This document shows positions 16,515 to 23,022 of a stretch of 33,693 nt of DNA, in pieces. Below the pieces are notes generated by a model. It was not told where the DNA came from. It did not search any database and was given only the letters and a program-made list of their open reading frames with translations. The translations under genes were made by a program, and so were the position numbers. The DNA lies in IMG/VR virus record IMGVR_UViG_3300033141_001099. One strand, 5' to 3'. This stretch comes from a virus. Positions within the stretch are counted from its first letter, which is position 1, and every line of letters starts with the position of its first letter.

Positions 16515-17281
16515 CCCTCTATTACCTCCGCATCTTGTACAGTCTCGCTGTTTACATTTCGTAAGTCAAAGCCGTTTTCTCTTGCATCTAAAAAAGCATC
16601 TATGGCATTATCTGTTGTTTGTTTGTCTTGCTGTTTAAAGCTTTGAAGTGGTTGAGCTTGTGTCTTAGGCTCGACTAAACCTTTCCACCCATTCATAATT
16701 GCTTTGTCTACCATTTCTTGTTGTTGCTGTAGTGTATATTTAGTAAACATATTTAAAAGTTTTGTTATAGGCGAGATAGTTTTATATTTTTTATGGTCTA
16801 CCCATTCATTAAAAGCACCAATGTTAATATTACCATACTCTGCTAATTTTTCAACCGTTAAAACTTTTAGTGATTTGTTTTCTTTAGGAGTTCGTAACGA
16901 AGTCAGTATGATGTCGTTACACTCCTTATCACTATCTATTATCTCTATATCACTATCTTCTATCTTATTATCTGTGTTCATCAATTTATTCAAATCTGAT
17001 AATGAACTGCCAGTTTTAAGAACTTGCATTGATTTAACTTTTAGTAGTATTGCCTTTTGCCATATAAAAGAAATATCCTCATCTATGTCTTCTTTATAGC
17101 TTCTACTGTTTCGTTTTTCATCATATCCAAAAGTAAGGTAGATTTTATATTTAATAATTTTATGATTGTGAGTGCTAGTAATTTGAACACCACCTCCAGT
17201 AAAATCTTTTAATTCAAACTCTGATTTTGTTAAAATTGTATTATTAACTAGGTTTAAAAGTTGTTCATCGGAAAAACTCAT
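16511..17281 (-). CDS. Hypothetical protein, a possible replication initiator/organiser by position and internal repeats.
   Basis: 256 aa. The acidic DSDIEIIDSD segment coincides with DNA repeats at 16887-16958. The C-terminal ...QQQQEMVDKAIMNGWKGL is reminiscent of replication-organiser C-termini. Weak evidence. Confidence 0.3.
   Translation of the reverse strand: MSFSDEQLLNLVNNTILTKSEFELKDFTGGGVQITSTHNHKIIKYKIYLTFGYDEKRNSRSYKEDIDEDISFIWQKAILLKVKSMQVLKTGSSLSDLNKLMNTDNKIEDSDIEIIDSDKECNDIILTSLRTPKENKSLKVLTVEKLAEYGNINIGAFNEWVDHKKYKTISPITKLLNMFTKYTLQQQQEMVDKAIMNGWKGLVEPKTQAQPLQSFKQQDKQTTDNAIDAFLDARENGFDLRNVNSETVQDAEVIEG
16887..16958. repeat. Imperfect inverted repeat (GGAGTtcGTAACG / CGTTACACTCC) followed by two TATCACTATCT repeats 21 bp apart. 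Candidate origin-like cluster inside the 256-aa gene.
   Basis: Read from the sequence: inverted repeat at 16887-16925, direct repeats at 16927-16937 and 16948-16958. Confidence 0.3.
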
Positions 17282-17790
17282 TATTTTTCCTCTTCTTTAA
17301 ACTTTTCAACATTTTCAATCTCACTCTTTAGATGTTTTAATAAATATTCATCTGTGTACAAATTTATGTGAAAATCATAAAACATTGTTAAGTTATTTTT
17401 GCTGTTTATTAAAATAAATTCAGCATTATCGTAACAAGGGTTATATTCAATGTCTATTTGTTCTGAAAAATCAACCAAAACATTTTCGATAGGTTTGAGC
17501 TTTTGAATTAATTGTTTTTCATAGGCAATCAGATTTCCCATCTCTTCAGTATCTACAAAAATTTCAATTTTTTCGCAGGTTTTATATTTCCCTTTTAGGT
17601 GGGTTGCTATTCTGCTAGGCAGATTTGAAGATTGTCCCACATAAAGACATATATCTTCTTTATAAATAGCGTAAAGTCCTTGAACCTTATCTGCCTCGTA
17701 TGTTTCTTTATAGGATTTAAAGCAATCTGCTATTTGAAAATACAACTGCTTTTGTTCTTCTTTTTTTCCAAAAGATATTATGTTTGTCAT
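17281..17790 (-). CDS. GIY-YIG nuclease-domain protein, possibly a free-standing homing-endonuclease-like gene.
   Basis: 169 aa. GLYAIYKEDICLYVGQSSNLPSRIATHLKG ... YEKQLIQKLKPIENV fits GIY-(x)-YIG ... R ... E ... N. Confidence 0.7.
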   Translation of the reverse strand: MTNIISFGKKEEQKQLYFQIADCFKSYKETYEADKVQGLYAIYKEDICLYVGQSSNLPSRIATHLKGKYKTCEKIEIFVDTEEMGNLIAYEKQLIQKLKPIENVLVDFSEQIDIEYNPCYDNAEFILINSKNNLTMFYDFHINLYTDEYLLKHLKSEIENVEKFKEEEK

Positions 17791-17950
17791 TGTGTAACCT
17801 TTAAGTTACCGCTGTTTAATTTTAAGTGATGATTGTTTAATGTGGGAGTTTGCGGTCAGACTTCCCTCAAGCACTTAGTACGCAGCACCGTCTGACCAAA
17901 GAGGAGTGCTACTTACTAAAAGCTTATGTGGCGGTCTTTCTCCGCCTTGA
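17791..17950 (-). ncRNA. Structured 5' leader, about 155 nt, between a consensus promoter and the GIY-YIG gene.
   Basis: On the - strand: a GGCGG-AGAAAGA-CCGCC hairpin (17930-17946) at about +4; an 8-bp helix GGUCAGAC/GUCUGACC (17854-17861 / 17890-17897) enclosing 28 nt; and GUAAC-UUAAAG-GUUAC around the SD. Confidence 0.35.
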
Positions 17951-17956
17951 ACTGTT

Positions 17957-17985
17957 ATTATACCCCAACTAAATTAAAAAGTAAA
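17957..17985 (-). promoter_or_regulatory. Sigma70-type promoter: TTTACT, 17 nt, TATAAT.
   Basis: Reverse complement reads cccTTTACTttttaatttagttggggTATAATaacag. -35 at 17980-17985 and -10 at 17957-17962. Confidence 0.6.
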
Positions 17986-17988
17986 GGG
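17966..17988. repeat. Copy 1 of a 23-nt motif, caactaAattaaaaagtaaaggg.
   Basis: 22 of 23 positions identical to 18299-18321. It contains the -35 of the promoter above. Confidence 0.8.
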
Positions 17989-18043
17989 CAAATATGTTCC
18001 GTATAGGTCTAATGTATCAGATTAGACAATAATTATATCTAAA

Positions 18044-18214
18044 CTATTCTTTTTTTTCAATAGGAGTTAGAATAATCTTTGCGTTATAAGCAACATTATC
18101 TTCAACCATTGCAGTTAAAGGTATCTCTGGGAGTATTATTTCTTCAATTCCCGTTGAATCTGGCTTCCATACAAAAACAATGCTGTCTGTTTCTATGATT
18201 ATTTCGTTTTTCAA
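18044..18214 (-). CDS. Hypothetical 56-aa protein.
   Basis: TTG start with AAGGA 6 nt upstream. MKNEIIIETDSIVFVWKPDSTGIEEIILPEIPLTAMVEDNVAYNAKIILTPIEKKE. Not in the track. Confidence 0.45.
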   Translation of the reverse strand: MKNEIIIETDSIVFVWKPDSTGIEEIILPEIPLTAMVEDNVAYNAKIILTPIEKKE

Positions 18215-18244
18215 TTTTTATCCTTTTTGTTATTATAGCTTATT

Positions 18245-18283
18245 TAAAAAAGCAACCACCTCGTTAAGTTCAACGGGGCGGTT
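18245..18283 (-). terminator. Rho-independent terminator closing the ParB...HNH operon.
   Basis: The - strand reads AACCGCC-(16 nt)-GGUGGUU followed by GCUUUUUU. The stem has a G-U on the - strand, which would be an A-C mismatch on the + strand. Confidence 0.6.
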
Positions 18284-18298
18284 ATAATGTTTGTGTCT

Positions 18299-18321
18299 CA
18301 ACTAGATTAAAAAGTAAAGGG
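18299..18321. repeat. Copy 2 of the 23-nt motif, caactaGattaaaaagtaaaggg.
   Basis: It lies between the HNH-like stop and the terminator. Unlike copy 1, there is no properly spaced -10. Confidence 0.8.
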
Positions 18322-18336
18322 GTTTAGAATAAAGTG

Positions 18337-18729
18337 TTATTTCATCTCCTCAACCAATATAACAAGTTCACTTTCATCTTGATCTAAATGTTTCAAGTAA
18401 AAATTATAAATTCTATCAGCAAAAGCATTTTGAGCCTTAACCGGATAGACCTCTCTAAACTTCTTCGGTGTTCCGTGTGCTGATAACTCTTGTCCGTTTC
18501 TGTGACACTCATCACCACAAAGAGGGATTAATCTCTTGTGATTTTTTCTATCCGTGCTATACTCTTTAACGTGATGCCATTCAATACCGTTTTGTTTACC
18601 ACAAGCGAAACAAACAAAGTCTTGATTTTGCAACCATTCTAAATAATCTTTATCTTCTTTAGTTATCTTTTTTTTGTTTTTTTGGCTTGGCTTTGGTCTT
18701 AATCGGTTATGTTTTATTTTAGTTCGCAT
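18337..18729 (-). CDS. HNH/His-Me-finger nuclease-like protein (DUF968 / NinG-like).
   Basis: 130 aa. CFACGKQNGIEWHHVKEY...LIPLCGDECHRNG gives CxxC...HH...C..CH. It is adjacent to rusA, as in lambdoid nin regions. Confidence 0.55.
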   Translation of the reverse strand: MRTKIKHNRLRPKPSQKNKKKITKEDKDYLEWLQNQDFVCFACGKQNGIEWHHVKEYSTDRKNHKRLIPLCGDECHRNGQELSAHGTPKKFREVYPVKAQNAFADRIYNFYLKHLDQDESELVILVEEMK

Positions 18730-19097
18730 AAGTTCACATCAACTCTTGGATTTTCAGAGTATATTTTTTCAGCAATAACTTTACAAATCTGGCTATCATT
18801 ATGATAAAAAGTTCCCTCTAAACTATCTTTGACAGTTTTTATTAAATTGTCCGTATCTGGTTTTTTAATATGGTACTGCCCTATAAGTTCCCTCTGCTTC
18901 TTTTTTGATTCACTAGCAGGGATTTGCATAAAGAAAGTAACTTTGAGGCAAATAGCACCGTTAAAGTAAGCCTTACATTGTCTTTTTGCTAATAGGAGAA
19001 ACGTTTTTTTATAATTTGTGTATTCTGATGGGTTATATGTCCCTCTTTTGCTAAATCTTGGTCTTGGTGCAGGGAATGGTTTTAAATTAATTATCAT
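18714..19097 (-). CDS. rusA: RusA-family Holliday-junction resolvase.
   Basis: 127 aa. KKPDTDNLIKTVKDSLEGTFYHNDSQI matches the RusA core (kPDlDNl.K...Dal.g..y.DDsqi). Confidence 0.8.
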   Translation of the reverse strand: MIINLKPFPAPRPRFSKRGTYNPSEYTNYKKTFLLLAKRQCKAYFNGAICLKVTFFMQIPASESKKKQRELIGQYHIKKPDTDNLIKTVKDSLEGTFYHNDSQICKVIAEKIYSENPRVDVNLCELK

Positions 19098-19282
19098 TTC
19101 TCTAATACCTCGTAAGTATGTTCATCAATCACTCGCACCTTTCCACTCAATACAATCTGTTCTATAGCTTCTAATTGCTCTTTAGATAGTATCATCTGAT
19201 GACCTTTTATCGTGCCTTTTCTATCATCAATATTCGCAAAAACTGTATATCCGTAAATGTCGCTTGTTATTGCAGTTTTCAT
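19094..19282 (-). CDS. Hypothetical small protein.
   Basis: 62 aa, with 4-nt overlaps on both sides. Confidence 0.55.
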   Translation of the reverse strand: MKTAITSDIYGYTVFANIDDRKGTIKGHQMILSKEQLEAIEQIVLSGKVRVIDEHTYEVLEK

Positions 19283-19479
19283 CTTACATCCTTAACTTCT
19301 GGCATATAATAAGCCAAAGCTCCGCTATCATCAATAACTTTGCTTTCTATGGTATGCCCTGATGCTCTAAGCTCTGAAATTCTTGAACGCAATGAAGTTC
19401 CATATCTTTTCAAATCATCGAACATATTAACCAACTTGCCTGATTCTAAATCCGTAAGGATATTTTGTTTTTTACTCAT
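19279..19479 (-). CDS. Small winged-helix/HTH DNA-binding protein.
   Basis: 66 aa. LESGKLVNMFDDLKRYGTSLRSRISELRASGHTIES resembles the phage HTH family with the ...RLsaRI.eLR..G..I pattern. Confidence 0.5.
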   Translation of the reverse strand: MSKKQNILTDLESGKLVNMFDDLKRYGTSLRSRISELRASGHTIESKVIDDSGALAYYMPEVKDVR

Positions 19480-19781
19480 AATTGCACCCTCTTAAACACC
19501 AAATCTTTTTCAATCAAATCATCTCTAAGCTTTCTAAGAATTGCTAAAACCTCAACATTTCTTTTTTTGACTTGCGATCTGCAATTTTCTGTGTATTCTG
19601 CTTGAGCGATAATTAAGTCGTTTAGGTCAAAAGCCGGAGTTGCACACTTGTATCCTCTGTTGTCGATAACCATTATGTTTTTGATTGTAACAGTTTTGAA
19701 ATTGTTGGCTTTATTCTGAATAGCTAAGATGTTCTTTTCGCTGATTTTGTTATTTTGCATTATTGCTCTGTGAACTCTCAT
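19476..19781 (-). CDS. Hypothetical protein coupled to the PAPS-reductase-like gene.
   Basis: 101 aa, ATGA overlap at 19778-19781. Confidence 0.55.
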   Translation of the reverse strand: MRVHRAIMQNNKISEKNILAIQNKANNFKTVTIKNIMVIDNRGYKCATPAFDLNDLIIAQAEYTENCRSQVKKRNVEVLAILRKLRDDLIEKDLVFKRVQL

Positions 19782-20983
19782 TTTATACCTACCTCCTTTC
19801 TTTTTTTCATATCTTTAAACCTTTGGTATGCATCAGATTTTGGTTGTGATTGCCCTAGTCCTTTACACCAATAATCATTTCTTAGAATTGTTTTTGCCAT
19901 TCTTTTCCAAGATGGTGCCCACTGTGTTACCTCTAAGTCGTGTGGTGCTTCGTCTGGTATCTTCACATAGCCTCTATCTTGCCAAGACACTATAAACTTT
20001 TTAAAGCTTTTCACATAGTGATCAGATGTTTGTTTTGGCAAAGTGGATAATAGCATATTTGTAAAACTCTCCCAAGTATGCCCTTCTGGCTTAGATATTT
20101 TATTGTACCCTGTCATATTCCCCGTCTCTCTAATATATAATGCTCCACTATTGGCACCATTCACTCTATTGATTACTTTACCCCACGTTTCAGGCTCCAA
20201 GATATGATATAACCATAATCCTTGTCGCTGATCATCTCCATAAGGTTGGCATAATCGCTGCTGTGATAACTTTACTCCAGCCATATTCATTTTGTCGTAA
20301 ATTTCATTATGTTTTAAATTTGGGTATTTGCCGTGAAATCTCCATATATCCTCTGTTTTCCAATCATATATCGGGTAAGCATTAAATAGATTTTTTTCTT
20401 GTAAAGAAGTCCAATGTAAATCATCGTGCATTGAACCGTGTTTATACGCTGTAATTGCTCTATATCTGTGAAGACTTTCATCTGCTCTAATGCCGACAAG
20501 AGCAACTGTTTTTTTATCCCCACCATACCACTCTCCAAACAGAATCATAAACTCTTCAAACTCCATTTTATCAACGAAGAAAGGATAGTCTTCTGCAACT
20601 TTTGCCATTGGTGGTTTTTCTCTAACCCAAATATCTTTTTTTTCTTCATCCCAACAAGTCCATCTTGGTTCATAGTTAGTTAAAGCATTTCTTAACAGCA
20701 GAGGAACACAAACCCAGTGCAAATCAATAACATCTTGATACTCATCTATCATATACTCTATATGAGTGATAGTGTCTACATATTGAGCTTCCAAGTCAAT
20801 TATTAAATAGCCTACTTTTCTGTTGCGTTTTCTTGCTTCCTGTAATACTAAGTGAGACATAACAGAACTATCTTTACCTCCACTAAACGATATATAAATG
20901 TTTTCAAAGTCGTCAAATATCTTATTAACTCTTTTTAAAGAAGCCGATAAGACATTCTCTCTTTTATATTTTTTTACTCTCAT
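19778..20983 (-). CDS. PP-loop ATP-pyrophosphatase / PAPS-reductase-fold protein with a DUF3440-like C-terminal region (IbrA-type).
   Basis: 401 aa. N-terminal ISFSGGKDSSV (SGGxDS PP-loop). The C-terminal ...PSWKRMAKTILRNDYWCKGLG is typical of IbrA-like proteins. Confidence 0.85.
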   Translation of the reverse strand: MRVKKYKRENVLSASLKRVNKIFDDFENIYISFSGGKDSSVMSHLVLQEARKRNRKVGYLIIDLEAQYVDTITHIEYMIDEYQDVIDLHWVCVPLLLRNALTNYEPRWTCWDEEKKDIWVREKPPMAKVAEDYPFFVDKMEFEEFMILFGEWYGGDKKTVALVGIRADESLHRYRAITAYKHGSMHDDLHWTSLQEKNLFNAYPIYDWKTEDIWRFHGKYPNLKHNEIYDKMNMAGVKLSQQRLCQPYGDDQRQGLWLYHILEPETWGKVINRVNGANSGALYIRETGNMTGYNKISKPEGHTWESFTNMLLSTLPKQTSDHYVKSFKKFIVSWQDRGYVKIPDEAPHDLEVTQWAPSWKRMAKTILRNDYWCKGLGQSQPKSDAYQRFKDMKKRKEVGIK

Positions 20984-22158
20984 TAGTATAACTCCACTTG
21001 TCTATCAGGTTTTGCTATTTCCATCTTCAACATTTCTTTACCGTTTTCATCTAACCAAAGATTAAGATATTTTAATGCTAGTTCATCAGCTATATTTTGC
21101 TCTTCTTTTGTTAGTTTGAACCATCCGCCTGTGAACTTTGCAGGAATTCCTCTTGCATAACATACTGATGCTTGCCCAAGCCACGCAATACGATTAGATG
21201 CTTTGTTTGTTAAATAATGCTCACAAGAAAATTTCCATTCTTTCGTGACACCCTGAAGTGCTAATTCAAAATCGTGTGGACTTCGCAATAAATCTGCAAA
21301 CTCCTCTTCGCACTCTTCTTTAGACATTCCCTCTACATTTTGAGCAAAGAATCCATTCTGGTGACACTCCCACTTATCATAAGTGTGCATTATTCTGTCG
21401 TATGATGTATTAACTGTTGTTCTGAAGTTCAAAAACTCTCTTTCAAACTCTGTTACTTCATCGGTCAATGCCTCAAAATTACATACTTCACTTTCTCCTA
21501 CATCCCACGATTTGGAGAAATCATCGTCTTTGAATAAATCTTGCAGCCCTGTAATTTGACAAAGTCTTAAAACCTCATCATCATCCATTCCAAGCTCACG
21601 GCAAATTCTAGAATTTGACCAGTTTCTATTTTTCAATTCTACTACCATATCAGACATTGCATCAACTTTATGCTTACCTCTGGCTCTATTGTGTCTCACA
21701 GTAGATGCCATTCTGTCGGTCTTTGATTCTCTGTCTTCACTAAGAGCAACAATCGGCAGATACCCGTGAATCCTTGATTGAATATCTTTGCACTCTTTCC
21801 CAACTCTATGCCTGTGAAAACCGTCAATAACTTCATTTTCGTGTTGTTTGGAGTTAGCCCACGTAACAATCGGTTGAGTGAATCCATCACTTGCGATAGA
21901 AAGTCTTAGAAGTTCCATTTCAGGAGGTGCTACTGTGTTTGGATTGTAATCATTCGCTCCAACAGTATCGTTTTTTACCCATCTGATAAGATCAACAGGC
22001 TCTGATTTAAAAGGACTAATGTTATGAATTTCTTCTCTTATTGCATTTATAGCTTCTATTTTTTCGTCAAGTTCTAAGAAGCCTAACCTTTTGCAAATTA
22101 CTTTTATATCAATAATTGCCTGCTTTACCGCACCACTTTCTTTTTTTGTATTTTCCAT
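20983..22158 (-). CDS. ParB/sulfiredoxin-like nuclease-domain protein (IbrB-type) fused to an unassigned C-terminal domain of about 175 aa.
   Basis: 391 aa. ANDYNPNTVAPPEMELLRLSIASDGFTQPIV...VIDGFHRHRVGK is the ParB-N DGxHR motif. The stop overlaps the start of the PP-loop gene (TAATG). Confidence 0.8.
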   Translation of the reverse strand: MENTKKESGAVKQAIIDIKVICKRLGFLELDEKIEAINAIREEIHNISPFKSEPVDLIRWVKNDTVGANDYNPNTVAPPEMELLRLSIASDGFTQPIVTWANSKQHENEVIDGFHRHRVGKECKDIQSRIHGYLPIVALSEDRESKTDRMASTVRHNRARGKHKVDAMSDMVVELKNRNWSNSRICRELGMDDDEVLRLCQITGLQDLFKDDDFSKSWDVGESEVCNFEALTDEVTEFEREFLNFRTTVNTSYDRIMHTYDKWECHQNGFFAQNVEGMSKEECEEEFADLLRSPHDFELALQGVTKEWKFSCEHYLTNKASNRIAWLGQASVCYARGIPAKFTGGWFKLTKEEQNIADELALKYLNLWLDENGKEMLKMEIAKPDRQVELY

Positions 22159-22228
22159 AATTTCGTCTTCTGGATTATTAAATTTAAGGGAGAGTAAGAA
22201 AGTTCCAACCTTTCGCTCAAGAAGTCCT

Positions 22229-22275
22229 TAAAAAAGAGTAGGAGCGAGGCGGTTGGAAGACCTATCACTACTCTT
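22229..22275 (-). terminator. Promoter-proximal intrinsic terminator / attenuator in the leader of the ParB-PAPS operon.
   Basis: The - strand reads AAGAGUAG-(26 nt)-CUACUCUU followed by UUUU. It begins about 13 nt after the predicted transcription start site (TSS). Confidence 0.55.
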
Positions 22276-22294
22276 GTTTAAAAACTCAGTAACA

Positions 22295-22303
22295 ATTATA
22301 TCA
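22295..22303 (-). promoter_or_regulatory. Extended -10 promoter, TGaTATAAT.
   Basis: Reverse complement reads gagtttaTGATATAATtgttactg. No good -35, which is acceptable for extended -10 promoters. Confidence 0.5.
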
Positions 22304-22315
22304 TAAACTCTTTGT

Positions 22316-22428
22316 GAAGTGGTAGAATATTTATATAGTCGGCTTAATATAAAAAGCTACAATGTACTCATACGTTACATTTTAATGCGATGCCTTTCCA
22401 CACTACTCGCTTGTTCTTCTACCACTCC
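22316..22428 (-). ncRNA. Candidate structured element, about 113 nt. A 12-bp closing helix encloses three short hairpins.
   Basis: gaagtggtagaa (22316-22327) pairs with ttctaccactcc (22417-22428). The single irregular pair is G-U on the - strand and A-C on the +. Inner stems: 22330-36/22347-53, 22361-66/22376-81, 22387-90/22407-10. Confidence 0.3.
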
Positions 22429-22437
22429 ATCAAAAGT

Positions 22438-22548
22438 TTACCACCACTTATGATTACACCCTAGCTTTCTTCTCGGCTTTAATTCCACATAAAGAATAAA
22501 AGTTCCAACCAAACAAAACCCGATGATAAGATAATCAATCCAATTCAT
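22438..22548 (-). CDS. 36-aa membrane peptide: MNWIDYLIIGFCLVGTFILYVELKPRRKLGCNHKWW.
   Basis: GGGAGA SD 6 nt upstream, with one clear TM span. Not in the track. Confidence 0.5.
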   Translation of the reverse strand: MNWIDYLIIGFCLVGTFILYVELKPRRKLGCNHKWW

Positions 22549-22620
22549 TTTAATCTCCCGCACTTTTTACAAAACAATCTATTGTGCAAATCTCTTATCG
22601 TTTCTAGACAACCACAGTAA

Positions 22621-22914
22621 TTACATTTCACTTTGTATCCTTTTATTCCGTATTATAGCATCTTTAGCCTCCTCACAAGTCATGCAGTTACAATCATCTG
22701 GATGAAGTCTAAAAACTTCTTTTTTCATAGCTTCTAACATTCCCTCAAGTTTTGCAATTTCTATATCTTTTTTCAGCGGTTGCTTACAAGCCTGATTATC
22801 AAAATAGATAAATGCTTCTTTAGCTAAATCAAACGCACTTAGTTCTTGTCCTAAAAATTCAGAAATAAATATGTTAAATTCTATCTCTTTTTCTTTATTG
22901 GCCATTTTTCTCAT
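22621..22914 (-). CDS. Hypothetical protein with a CNCMTC motif.
   Basis: 97 aa. An alternative start at 22905 (MANKEKE) has AGGAG 9 nt upstream. Confidence 0.6.
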   Translation of the reverse strand: MRKMANKEKEIEFNIFISEFLGQELSAFDLAKEAFIYFDNQACKQPLKKDIEIAKLEGMLEAMKKEVFRLHPDDCNCMTCEEAKDAIIRNKRIQSEM

Positions 22915-23020
22915 CTCCTTTCTCCAACTCTTCCATCAACCTAACAACTTCTTTAGCCCAATACTCTTTTTTCTCAAGTGCTAACATTAGAGCATCTTGA
23001 GTTTTTTGTCTGTCGGTCAT
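22895..23020 (-). CDS. Possible 41-aa ORF: MTDRQKTQDALMLALEKKEYWAKEVVRLMEELEKGDEKNGQ.
   Basis: It starts 2 nt after the stop of 23023..23400 and fills an otherwise non-coding gap. There is no clear SD. Confidence 0.3.
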   Translation of the reverse strand: MTDRQKTQDALMLALEKKEYWAKEVVRLMEELEKGDEKNGQ

Positions 23021-23022
23021 AG

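Noticed and set aside
16704-17829. The + strand ORFs 16704..17099 and 17632..17829.
   Set aside because: They are antisense to the 256-aa and GIY-YIG genes, with Ser/Leu/Phe-rich artefactual composition and no SD.
17830-18040. A tRNA, tmRNA or group I intron associated with the GIY-YIG gene.
   Set aside because: There is no T-loop (GTTCRA) or D-loop signature and no cloverleaf of tRNA size. The flanking ORFs are not halves of a split gene, and a consensus promoter sits inside the region. It is kept only as a structured leader.
20314-21890. Alternative-frame ORFs inside the PAPS-reductase-like and ParB-like genes: 20314..20538 (-), 20438..20683 (+) and 21696..21890 (-).
   Set aside because: They are embedded in longer ORFs that carry clear family motifs.
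22201-22260. A bidirectional terminator, or a + strand function, for the 22203-22275 helices.
   Set aside because: The U-tract is present only on the - strand (AAAAAA on the + strand lies upstream of the stem). No + strand gene ends nearby.
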